A stretch of DNA of 64,000 bases. It comes from a virus (taxonomy: Duplodnaviria > Caudoviricetes). Positions 48,743 through 57,134 of this stretch are shown here, in pieces; the first letter of the stretch is position 1, and each line of letters starts with the position of its first letter. Made by a program: the position numbers and the translations under genes. A model generated the notes under the pieces. The model worked only from the letters and a program-made list of their open reading frames with translations. It was not told where the DNA came from and did not search any database. The stretch covers positions 76,767-140,766 of the IMG/VR virus record IMGVR_UViG_3300034065_000151; one strand, written 5' to 3'.

Positions 48743-49183
48743 ATGGCAGTTACAGATTTAATTCCCGGAGTAGAAGAAGTAAGAATGGTTATAGCTGGTA
48801 TAGTTTTACTTGCTGTACTTGGTGGTATTGGTTATGTTTGGTGGACTCATGAAGAACTGTCCGCACTTAGAACTGCCAATGCAACATTAACTTCTAATAA
48901 CAAAATATTACAAGAAAACAATGATGTCATTAAAAATAACTTCAATGTTTGTACTAATGCCAATGTAACAAATCAGGCAACTGTACAAAGTTTTCTTAAA
49001 GAACGTGAAAGTTCACAGATAGCAATTACTTCATTAGCCCAACAAAAGAAAGCTGGTGATGCTATAATTGGAAATCTCCAACAGAAACTTTCTGCTATGG
49101 AAAAGGATCCAGCTAATAATGGTGTTTTAGCACCTGACCTACGTGAGACAATCCGTGGTATCCAAGCAGCAAGGAGCAAATAA
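48743..49183 (+). CDS. inner-membrane spanin (Rz-like)
   Basis: N-terminal transmembrane helix followed by coiled coil; next gene is a lipoprotein. Confidence 0.7.
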   Translation: MAVTDLIPGVEEVRMVIAGIVLLAVLGGIGYVWWTHEELSALRTANATLTSNNKILQENNDVIKNNFNVCTNANVTNQATVQSFLKERESSQIAITSLAQQKKAGDAIIGNLQQKLSAMEKDPANNGVLAPDLRETIRGIQAARSK

Positions 49184-49587
49184 TGAAAAAAATAATTATG
49201 ATATTATGTACAGCTATACTATGTGCATGTAATCCAGTTAAACCAGTTCCTTTAGCATTGCCTGTTATTAAACAAACACAATATGTAATTAAGATTCCAC
49301 CTGCCGAATTGATGACCTTACCAGCTAAGGTTCCTGATATTAATGTCGATACTGCTTTACAAGCTGAAGTAGCACAGTGGGTTATTAATAATGAAAAGTA
49401 TACAACACAATGTACAAATCAGTTAAAGGATATTGCCACATTCTTTGTTACCCAACAGAACCAATTAAATGATACAGCTGCTGCACAGAATGCTCAACAA
49501 AAACAAGCCGCTCAAGATTCATACAATAGTGAAGCTGAAAAAGCTGCAGAGAAAACTGTTAATCTTAATGCCCAACCGGTAAAATAA
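49183..49587 (+). CDS. outer-membrane spanin lipoprotein (Rz1-like)
   Basis: MKK signal with LCAC lipobox and Pro-rich mature region. Confidence 0.7.
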   Translation: MKKIIMILCTAILCACNPVKPVPLALPVIKQTQYVIKIPPAELMTLPAKVPDINVDTALQAEVAQWVINNEKYTTQCTNQLKDIATFFVTQQNQLNDTAAAQNAQQKQAAQDSYNSEAEKAAEKTVNLNAQPVK

Positions 49588-49588
49588 A

Positions 49589-51226
49589 ATGTCATGTAAT
49601 TGTGTCAAGCCAGTAGTAACTCCTTTATGGACACCAATCCCTGCTTATCGTGCACCAACGGCAATTCAGCCAGGTGAAAATATAGACTGCTATATGCAAC
49701 GAGCAGGGAATACTTCTGGTTTAATGAATGACTCTGGTGCAAAAGTTCCCAACTTAATCAACAATACCACACTCACTTCCGATTTAAATTTGGCAGTTAA
49801 TACAACTTTCACATTGACACCGGGCTCGGATAGAACACCAACATCATGGACAATTAATGTTAATGGTGTAGATGGTTTGGCTCCCTTAACTGAATTACAT
49901 TTTGATACAACTGCAGGTACCTTATCTGGTACTGTCTCTGATACAAATACAAATACAAATCAATCCTATGCTGTTTTAATAACCGCGCTCGATGGAACTG
50001 GTGAAATTGATTCCCGTTCCTTTAACTTCTTTCCCAAGAAAGCAGCTAAGGGTGATGCAATAACTTTCATTATTCCACTGGATGGTAATGTACATTGTAC
50101 AAGTCCATTTGGTCCACGTAATCCACCAGCAGCCGGTGCATCAAGTATTCATCATGGTATGGATTTTGCTCGAGTAGATCATTCAATTGGAAATATATTA
50201 GCATCAGCAGATGGTACAGTTGTCCGCTGTGGACCTGGAACAGGTTGGGGTAATATTATTTTCATCAATCACTATAATGATCAGGGAACATTAATTTGTG
50301 CAACAGGTTATGCACACTGGTCAACTTCTTATGTGAAGGTCGGTGATAAGGTTTCTCAGGGACAGAAGATTGCTCTTGAGGGGAATGTTGGTATTGGTTC
50401 AGGTGCCCACCTTCATTTTGAAATGCATAAAGGTGGATTTAAAAATCCGGTTGATCCAGCTCCATATCTTCAGGGTGCTTTATCTATTGCGAATGATAAT
50501 TCAGATACACAGGTTGGACCTGATGGTACTGCTTTACCAACAAGTTTTGTGTCACAAAATAATTCAAATGTGGGTATGACTTCAGCTGAAGCAAGTAATC
50601 CAAATTCAGGTTGTCCTTTAGTATTGCCAAGTGATACAGGATTACCACCAGTTCCAGCAGGCAATCCACCTGCAGTTCCAGCAACTAATATAGCTAAAGT
50701 TAGATCATCTTGTGCTTTACCACCTGCACAGACACCATCACCTGCAACAGTTATTGCTGCTATACAACAGGCTTGTACTGAAGCTGGATATCCAGTGGGT
50801 TCCGCAGATGCAACATTTATACAAACTGTGGCTACTATTGAGAGCGGATTGGATCCATATGCTAAGAATCCAACCACAACTTGCACTGGTTTATACCAAA
50901 TGACCGATGCCTTAGCAGTTGTGATGTTTGGGAAGATTGGGATAAGTCCAACCTGTGAGAATAGATGTGATCCATATCTTGCAACAAAAGCAATGATACA
51001 GTGGTATCAATCAGAGTTTATTACATATTGGAACACTTGGATATCTTCAGGTAAGACACAAATTAAAACAAATGCACCATTGACTCCAACTCCTTGGTCA
51101 GCACAGTATGCTAACTTTACACAAGGGGAATTCCTATATGGATTGATTCACCATGATGGAGTTGGTAATGCAAATGCCGGCAAAGACTTAGGTGGTGTTG
51201 CTTATTGGCGTAAGGTTACTACTTAA
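49589..51226 (+). CDS. multidomain peptidoglycan hydrolase: Ig-like + M23 peptidase + lytic-transglycosylase-like
   Basis: HHGMDF, YAH and HLHFE (M23); ATIESG..AKN...GLYQM (SLT-like). Confidence 0.85.
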   Translation: MSCNCVKPVVTPLWTPIPAYRAPTAIQPGENIDCYMQRAGNTSGLMNDSGAKVPNLINNTTLTSDLNLAVNTTFTLTPGSDRTPTSWTINVNGVDGLAPLTELHFDTTAGTLSGTVSDTNTNTNQSYAVLITALDGTGEIDSRSFNFFPKKAAKGDAITFIIPLDGNVHCTSPFGPRNPPAAGASSIHHGMDFARVDHSIGNILASADGTVVRCGPGTGWGNIIFINHYNDQGTLICATGYAHWSTSYVKVGDKVSQGQKIALEGNVGIGSGAHLHFEMHKGGFKNPVDPAPYLQGALSIANDNSDTQVGPDGTALPTSFVSQNNSNVGMTSAEASNPNSGCPLVLPSDTGLPPVPAGNPPAVPATNIAKVRSSCALPPAQTPSPATVIAAIQQACTEAGYPVGSADATFIQTVATIESGLDPYAKNPTTTCTGLYQMTDALAVVMFGKIGISPTCENRCDPYLATKAMIQWYQSEFITYWNTWISSGKTQIKTNAPLTPTPWSAQYANFTQGEFLYGLIHHDGVGNANAGKDLGGVAYWRKVTT

Positions 51227-51477
51227 TTATATAATGATTTCCAACTTGTTTTTGGGTCAGCTTCGATTTCCTTAATACAGTTATCTAAACTGGTACTCCA
51301 ACTTGGATCATTAAATTTTCCCATTCTATCTGCTATATTAACACAATTTACCCATGCTTCATTACGAGCAGTAAGGATATCAAGTTTCTTTTGCATATTA
51401 AGTTTTTGCATATTAAGCTTTCCCCCAAATCCGTTTACCTTCGATAGATACAAATTCACCATCAAAGTATTCTTCAT
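51223..51477 (-). CDS. hypothetical protein (start uncertain)
   Basis: Convergent ORF containing a short KLNMQ duplication. Confidence 0.45.
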   Translation of the reverse strand: MKNTLMVNLYLSKVNGFGGKLNMQKLNMQKKLDILTARNEAWVNCVNIADRMGKFNDPSWSTSLDNCIKEIEADPKTSWKSLYN

Positions 51478-52255
51478 AAGCCTTAGGACATAAAATTACT
51501 GGTATTTTATCTTCCCGTGCAATCTTAACCACATGGGCTGCAGCGCTTCCAACTTCAGTAATAATGGCACCTGCATGACGAATGATTGCATCATAATCAA
51601 CAGAGCAGTTAGGGATAACTGCAACCATATAAAACTTTGGAAATTTACCATTGTCGGCTTTTGGATCATGCCATTGTGCTTTATCAACAAACCTTATAAT
51701 ATCTTCTTCCGTTCTGATATGCATAACCCGACCTTCAATTACTTCCTTACTTCTTTTAGAAACCAAGAAAATAGAATTACGTTCACGATCTTTAGTAGAA
51801 TCAAAGCGATATTTCCAAGCTGCAGTATTAAGACGTTTAGCTAGCTTTACTAAATCTTGTGGTGCTGGTGCTTTGTACATTGGATCATCTGGTTCTAAAT
51901 CTTCTCTCCATGATTTATATCCTCTGTCATAAGCATATTCCAGTGGTACACCAGAACTCAACCACCAGTCAGAATGGTCACGATCATCCATTTGCATTTT
52001 CAAAAATGGAGGGGCAACATTAGCCCAATCATTTCCCCGATGATCTGATGTGTTTCGCATCCAGCGCTCAAATGGAATACGAGCAACTTTTACTGTTGTT
52101 TCGGGATCACCTTCATCAGTAGCTGCAAGTGTTAATGTAAGCCAACCATCAGGCATAGAATTACAACGGTTTTTAATTTCCGTAACCATTTCAGCAATAA
52201 GTTCTGCCCTTGTCTTTTCTACATTAGCAACAAGTTCAACTTTAGTTTTTATCAT
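51413..52255 (-). CDS. protein with a C-terminal PEP-utilising enzyme mobile (phospho-His) domain
   Basis: AGAIITEVGSAAAHVVKIAREDKIPVI. Confidence 0.75.
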   Translation of the reverse strand: MIKTKVELVANVEKTRAELIAEMVTEIKNRCNSMPDGWLTLTLAATDEGDPETTVKVARIPFERWMRNTSDHRGNDWANVAPPFLKMQMDDRDHSDWWLSSGVPLEYAYDRGYKSWREDLEPDDPMYKAPAPQDLVKLAKRLNTAAWKYRFDSTKDRERNSIFLVSKRSKEVIEGRVMHIRTEEDIIRFVDKAQWHDPKADNGKFPKFYMVAVIPNCSVDYDAIIRHAGAIITEVGSAAAHVVKIAREDKIPVILCPKAYEEYFDGEFVSIEGKRIWGKA

Positions 52256-52261
52256 AATAGT

Positions 52262-52642
52262 TTATCTCGCAGAGGCATAAGCCCAGTGGTTAACTTGTCC
52301 ATCAAATTCCAGTTTACAATATTCAAGTGCTGCTGCAATATCACCTGAGGCACCTCTTGCTAAAAGATTAGAGCAGTAATCATTGTGTTTGATTCGATTT
52401 TCATCATCGAGTTTTTGTTGTAGTTCTTCAGCATCAAGAATCATTTCGACATCACATGGACAATATCCTTTTTCATTTCGTGTCCAATGAAATGGAATCC
52501 ATGGTTTCCCATCTTTTAATGAACGAGAAATATCTAAAGCAACAGAAACAGGTACATCAGGGTTTAATTTTGATTTAACCCATTTAGCCAATTCAAGAGT
52601 AGAGATATCTTTGTCACGTAGTATATATTTAGCATCAGCCAT
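52262..52642 (-). CDS. hypothetical protein
   Basis: 126-aa ORF with GAGG Shine-Dalgarno. Confidence 0.7.
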   Translation of the reverse strand: MADAKYILRDKDISTLELAKWVKSKLNPDVPVSVALDISRSLKDGKPWIPFHWTRNEKGYCPCDVEMILDAEELQQKLDDENRIKHNDYCSNLLARGASGDIAAALEYCKLEFDGQVNHWAYASAR

Positions 52643-52653
52643 AATGACCTCGA

Positions 52654-52764
52654 TTATTTAAAATATTGTGGATACAAAAGCCATGAAGCCACGGCAATAA
52701 AGAGAGCAGAGATAATATCAATGTTTGTCTGTCTTAACAGATAGAAGTATCTTCTAAATGTCAT
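52654..52764 (-). CDS. 36-aa putative membrane peptide (not in the ORF track)
   Basis: MTFRRYFYLLRQTNIDIISALFIAVASWLLYPQYFK fills the intergenic gap. Confidence 0.4.
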   Translation of the reverse strand: MTFRRYFYLLRQTNIDIISALFIAVASWLLYPQYFK

Positions 52765-53101
52765 ACTTCACCCATTTATCATTAGTGGAAAAATAGTATT
52801 CTCCCGGCAAATATGTTTTACCACGACCATTAGCTAAGGGGTCATACATATAAAATGTACTAGTTAAGACAAATAGTTCACCGTATTTGGGTCTTAATGG
52901 AAATTCAATTCCACATGCAACAAAACGTAGAACAACCTTTGCATCACTTTCAGTTGTTACCCCTTTAAAGTTAGCAACTTTAGGTTGAGAAGTTTGGCTT
53001 GCTTTATAAGTTTCTTTACGTTGGTATATTTTACCTAACGTAAAACCAATTACCCCTGAACAAAAAAATCCAAATAGTGCTGCTCCGATTGTGATTATCA
53101 T
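52754..53101 (-). CDS. membrane-anchored hypothetical protein
   Basis: Start at 53101 (ATGA overlap); N-terminal transmembrane helix. Confidence 0.6.
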   Translation of the reverse strand: MIITIGAALFGFFCSGVIGFTLGKIYQRKETYKASQTSQPKVANFKGVTTESDAKVVLRFVACGIEFPLRPKYGELFVLTSTFYMYDPLANGRGKTYLPGEYYFSTNDKWVKYDI

Positions 53102-53247
53102 TTTGGTGCCTTTTGAAAAAGTGCTGCGCTTTCTACATTCAGTCGATCGGTAAGTTCTTTGGATTCCCATCGTTGGGCTTCATTCCATTTACCCGCTTTA
53201 TAGCAGGCAATACCAAATACTATTGTTGGGATAATCATCATTAACAT
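53098..53247 (-). CDS. 49-aa putative membrane peptide (not in the ORF track)
   Basis: MLMMIIPTIVFGIACYKAGKW...; coupled to neighbours at both ends. Confidence 0.5.
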   Translation of the reverse strand: MLMMIIPTIVFGIACYKAGKWNEAQRWESKELTDRLNVESAALFQKAPK

Positions 53248-53528
53248 TATTCATCTCCGTCAGGATATTCAAGTAAACCTAATTCCAATAAACAATTACA
53301 AATTCTGTTGTGAGAATGTAATGAATCACGTGGTGCTTCATCTTGACCAATAATTTTACCACGAGTTTTAGTTTCTGGGAACCATTCCCAAACTAAAGTT
53401 TCTGCATAATAAGATACATAACTCAATTGAGCTGAAGAAGTACGGTTAATTGTTGATACTAAATAAGTTTTGTCACCATGAGAAACAATGTCTTGCTTCA
53501 ACATTGTCGTAGGTATAATGTAGTCCAA
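53247..53528 (-). CDS. hypothetical protein
   Basis: 93 aa; LVSTIN and YAETLVWEW; TTG start with GGAG. Confidence 0.65.
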   Translation of the reverse strand: MDYIIPTTMLKQDIVSHGDKTYLVSTINRTSSAQLSYVSYYAETLVWEWFPETKTRGKIIGQDEAPRDSLHSHNRICNCLLELGLLEYPDGDE

Positions 53529-53567
53529 TTGATATCTCCAATGCTATAATTACCAACATAATGGCTA

Positions 53568-53576
53568 ATTATAACA
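53568..53576 (-). promoter_or_regulatory. sigma70-type extended -10 promoter
   Basis: TGTTATAAT upstream of the 53528 operon. Confidence 0.55.
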
Positions 53577-53614
53577 CTGACAATATGGGAAGTACATAGG
53601 TAAATTGTAACGGA

Positions 53615-54250
53615 TTAAAAGTGATCTTTAAACCATTCTTGCCAAGTTCCTGGGAAGTTTGTTGGTTGGTAGAACCAGCGGGCGCCGTTATTTTTGATTG
53701 ATATGTTTAGTTTGATCTGGTAAAGATCACTATACATAACTGGAGATGTTACTGTAATGAAGTGAGGACCTGCAGGGAATAATACTAATGTTCCACGTTG
53801 TGGAACCAAACTAAAGTTATAAGCTGGGAATTCTAATTTCCCACCGAACACTTCATGACGTACATCTAGTGGTACATTTTCATTATAATCTTTGAGCCAG
53901 ATATAACCGACAAGATCAACATCTTTTATCATTACCCATTTCTTTCTAAGATACTTAGAATTTTCACAACCTGGTTGTTCTGCTGGTGATTTAGCATTTT
54001 CAGGATAGTATTGAAATAAAGGTTTTTCTAATCCCTGATACGTACATGAATACGTATCTTCAATAGTAGGTATGATATCATGTATTCTTGAACCAATTTC
54101 TTGTTCCCAAAAAAGATTATGTTTTTCTAACTTTTTAGAATTACCTTCGATATCAGTATCAGGACTACTAACTTTTATATCATCGACAATCTTTTCACAG
54201 ATCATTGGGGATAAAAAATTAGGTAGCACAATAAATGGTGATTTTGTCAT
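53615..54250 (-). CDS. 2OG-Fe(II) oxygenase-fold protein (metal ligands atypical)
   Basis: NFLSP..CE, GGKLEFP and PQRGTLVLFP motifs. Confidence 0.7.
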   Translation of the reverse strand: MTKSPFIVLPNFLSPMICEKIVDDIKVSSPDTDIEGNSKKLEKHNLFWEQEIGSRIHDIIPTIEDTYSCTYQGLEKPLFQYYPENAKSPAEQPGCENSKYLRKKWVMIKDVDLVGYIWLKDYNENVPLDVRHEVFGGKLEFPAYNFSLVPQRGTLVLFPAGPHFITVTSPVMYSDLYQIKLNISIKNNGARWFYQPTNFPGTWQEWFKDHF

Positions 54251-54280
54251 ATATTATTTTCTATAGGTTATTAAAAATTA

Positions 54281-54961
54281 TTAACGAAGTTTAACTGCGT
54301 TATCAATATTTATCTGTGATAAAACGCTTCTTTCAACTAATGCCACATCACGACTAAGTGCATTGATTTCTTTATTTAGTTCCTGGTAATTACTTCTAAC
54401 TTCAGGAAGGAACATCTTTGTAAAGTCATCAATTTTTTCTATTTGTGCTGACAATTTAGTAACTACATCAACAGATCGTTGTAGTAATTCTTTTAAGTTA
54501 TCATATGAATGTTCATCACGAAGATTAGATATTTTGGTATCCTGTCTAATTTCATCTAATTCTTTACCAACATCAGAACTGATTTTTGATATGTCTTTTT
54601 TCAGACTGGCAAAATCAACAATAATTGATTGTAAAGTTGAACTATTTTCACGTTCCGTTTCTTTGATTAATTCAATAGCAGAAACCACAGTAAGCATAGA
54701 TTCATTACTTTGTTCTGCTAATTCTAAAATCTTGGCATGTAGTGTTTCAAGCATTGATGTCATTTCAACACTTAAATCTTCTAATTTGGTTACTTCAGTT
54801 GCTCCGAACCATTCAAAGAGCCAACCCTTCTTTTTTAATCTGTGTAGAAAAAACTTTGAAATGTTAAATGAAAACATGACAACTACTACAATTATAAACA
54901 AGAATTCACCGGTGGATAAATCCCCCGATAATTGTTTCAATAATGCAAAAACTATTTCCAT
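54281..54961 (-). CDS. membrane-anchored coiled-coil protein
   Basis: N-terminal hydrophobic helix and long heptad region; late-promoter variant at 54984-54991. Confidence 0.6.
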   Translation of the reverse strand: MEIVFALLKQLSGDLSTGEFLFIIVVVVMFSFNISKFFLHRLKKKGWLFEWFGATEVTKLEDLSVEMTSMLETLHAKILELAEQSNESMLTVVSAIELIKETERENSSTLQSIIVDFASLKKDISKISSDVGKELDEIRQDTKISNLRDEHSYDNLKELLQRSVDVVTKLSAQIEKIDDFTKMFLPEVRSNYQELNKEINALSRDVALVERSVLSQINIDNAVKLR

Positions 54962-55014
54962 TTATTCCCCCATATTCAGCTTATATTTATTATTCTACTG
55001 GCAATATAAAATTT

Positions 55015-55740
55015 TTATAGATACTCAGACTCTGGTAAAAGTTTTATATCAAACCTGGATAGATAGTCCTGTGCTGCATCAAAAACGAATCCATCGCAAG
55101 AATAATTTTTTAATATAAAAGGGGTATTTACACCAAGGTTCTTGAAAAAACTAGCACGCTTATATAACATTGAGAATTTAGTAGTCTCATTAATGTTTAT
55201 TAGTGAAAAGTCCGCTATACTTAAAAATGGTGTTGCTTCTTTTGTAACCACATTATTACTAAATTCATGTAATGAAATTAATAAGTGTTGTAGGTGTTGT
55301 GTAAGTATAGTCGAAAAAGCACTAAAGGTATTAGCAATACTAGCACCGATTTGTTCTTCTAACCATTTGTCAAAAATCTCTAACGAGTAACTGTGGATAA
55401 GTCTTATGAAATCCGCAAGTTCTTTTGAAAATGTTTCCGGGTTAACATCAATAACTTTTTGTACATGATTCATCTCATCAGCAATATATTTTAATGTTAA
55501 TTTTTTGATGGCAGCAGTGTAGTTTTTCGCATTTCGTACTATGTAACTTTTTTCAGTTTTCATTAGACGATCTGAATAACATTCATATTCGAGTAATAGA
55601 GCCTCTTTGGCACCATTGTCAAATTTGAGTTCACCCCTTGAAATTTGCATCAATGAGTGGGCTTGCGCTAATTTAAAATTGCTTATGGCATCAGATGCCG
55701 CAATTTTAAATATAATATTATTGTACTGAGACGGATTCAT
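55015..55740 (-). CDS. hypothetical protein
   Basis: 241-aa ORF. Confidence 0.7.
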   Translation of the reverse strand: MNPSQYNNIIFKIAASDAISNFKLAQAHSLMQISRGELKFDNGAKEALLLEYECYSDRLMKTEKSYIVRNAKNYTAAIKKLTLKYIADEMNHVQKVIDVNPETFSKELADFIRLIHSYSLEIFDKWLEEQIGASIANTFSAFSTILTQHLQHLLISLHEFSNNVVTKEATPFLSIADFSLININETTKFSMLYKRASFFKNLGVNTPFILKNYSCDGFVFDAAQDYLSRFDIKLLPESEYL

Positions 55741-56455
55741 TTGGTGTTCCCTTCATGGCACCAATTATGATACTATTCAAATCAGAACCAATAACTACAC
55801 CAGAATCATCTGAACTTTGAACAAGTTTTAGAAGGACTGGTAACATAGTATTGCTTCCATTTGGTAATTCGATAGTAACTCTAATGGATGTGGTAGTAAA
55901 CTGGGGATCAACATTTACAATTGTATTCTGCATTTCTGGTTTTTCAACCGGGAATTTATATGTCATATCACAGCAATTAAATGACACATAGTCATCCATA
56001 GGAGTGATATCCTTTGCCTTAAGTTCACTGCATGGATTACCAGCAGCAAAAGTGAAAGGAAGTTGTTTTGATGTTGAAAGGTTTTTAATTATTAATTCAC
56101 CGCCAGTTTGCTCAGGTTCTGCTGGGATTGTGTCCTGCATTGCTGTAGCTATATCAGTAACTGTGCCAGGAGTTAATGATACATCAAAAGAAGGTATGTC
56201 CGCGTCTTGTGGGGCTTCGGTAGTTGGTGGTAATTCAATGGCTATTTCTGGGGATAATTCTGCAGCAGGAACAATAGGAGCTGTATCACCAATTGATGGT
56301 AAAGTTTCTCCACTTGCTACTGCATATACAAAGGTGCTATCACCAGCATTGCTTGTTTCCACATTACAGTTCATTGTAGTAAACAAAGCTTTAAGGGCTG
56401 TTAAAAACTCTTCTTGTTTATCACCAACGGCTGCATGTATTATAACTGTATTCAT
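55718..56455 (-). CDS. hypothetical acidic protein
   Basis: 245-aa ORF with a Pro/Glu/Thr-rich linker. Confidence 0.7.
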   Translation of the reverse strand: MNTVIIHAAVGDKQEEFLTALKALFTTMNCNVETSNAGDSTFVYAVASGETLPSIGDTAPIVPAAELSPEIAIELPPTTEAPQDADIPSFDVSLTPGTVTDIATAMQDTIPAEPEQTGGELIIKNLSTSKQLPFTFAAGNPCSELKAKDITPMDDYVSFNCCDMTYKFPVEKPEMQNTIVNVDPQFTTTSIRVTIELPNGSNTMLPVLLKLVQSSDDSGVVIGSDLNSIIIGAMKGTPNESVSVQ

Positions 56456-56459
56456 AGTA

Positions 56460-57134
56460 TTACTCTTTTATGGTTAATGTTAATTTTTTGTAAAACTCAT
56501 CTATTCGTGTAACAAGTGGGTCAACATAGTCTAATAAATTTACAATAAATTCTTGTGGAAATCCACCAGCTGAAGTCATAAGAATAACCCCAGTATCAAT
56601 ATCAGTCCCAAACATTTCATTATGTGATAATGCATAAAATAACAATTGCAAATTATAATCTTCTACTTCTTTTTTTGATTTAAGTCGATCTGATGTTTTG
56701 AAATCTATAATACTTTCTTTGCCATTATAAATGCCAATCACATCACAACGGCCCGCAACCTCGAGGATATCAGAGCATAGAGCAACTTCTTGGCCATACA
56801 CTTCTGTGATTTTATTTAATTTAAGTTTTAATGAATTGAATGATGCTATATCAGCAGGACTAAATTTATCGCCCTGATTTAATTCTTCTTTTTTAAGATA
56901 TCGTTCTGCCATCAAATGCACAGCAGTACCACGATCGGCAGCTTGCTGTGTTTTTAATGCAGCTTTTTCAAGACCTAAAGAATTACGCCAGTTGGTTAAT
57001 GCTTTAGTTTTTTCTTCCGACATTGTTCCACCAAGTACTGTAGTAATACTTGGATAATATTTACCAGCTGGCGTTTCATAGAAACGCATCCCATTAAAGG
57101 GAACTGTTATCATATCTGGATAGTTAAATTTCAT
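56460..57134 (-). CDS. PD-(D/E)XK exonuclease
   Basis: YPSITTVL, RGTAVH, AGRCD, IIDFKTS and QLLFYA motifs. Confidence 0.9.
   Translation of the reverse strand: MKFNYPDMITVPFNGMRFYETPAGKYYPSITTVLGGTMSEEKTKALTNWRNSLGLEKAALKTQQAADRGTAVHLMAERYLKKEELNQGDKFSPADIASFNSLKLKLNKITEVYGQEVALCSDILEVAGRCDVIGIYNGKESIIDFKTSDRLKSKKEVEDYNLQLLFYALSHNEMFGTDIDTGVILMTSAGGFPQEFIVNLLDYVDPLVTRIDEFYKKLTLTIKE

Noticed and set aside
51385-51420. 15-bp tandem duplication encoding KLNMQ
   Set aside because: A simple local duplication at a gene junction with no evident function.
54534-56477. Long plus-strand ORFs 54534-55118 and 56004-56477
   Set aside because: Antisense to well-formed minus-strand genes, with typical shadow-frame composition.
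56460-57134. Cas4 / CRISPR adaptation gene
   Set aside because: Lacks the four-Cys Fe-S cluster pattern; fits a common phage PD-(D/E)XK exonuclease.
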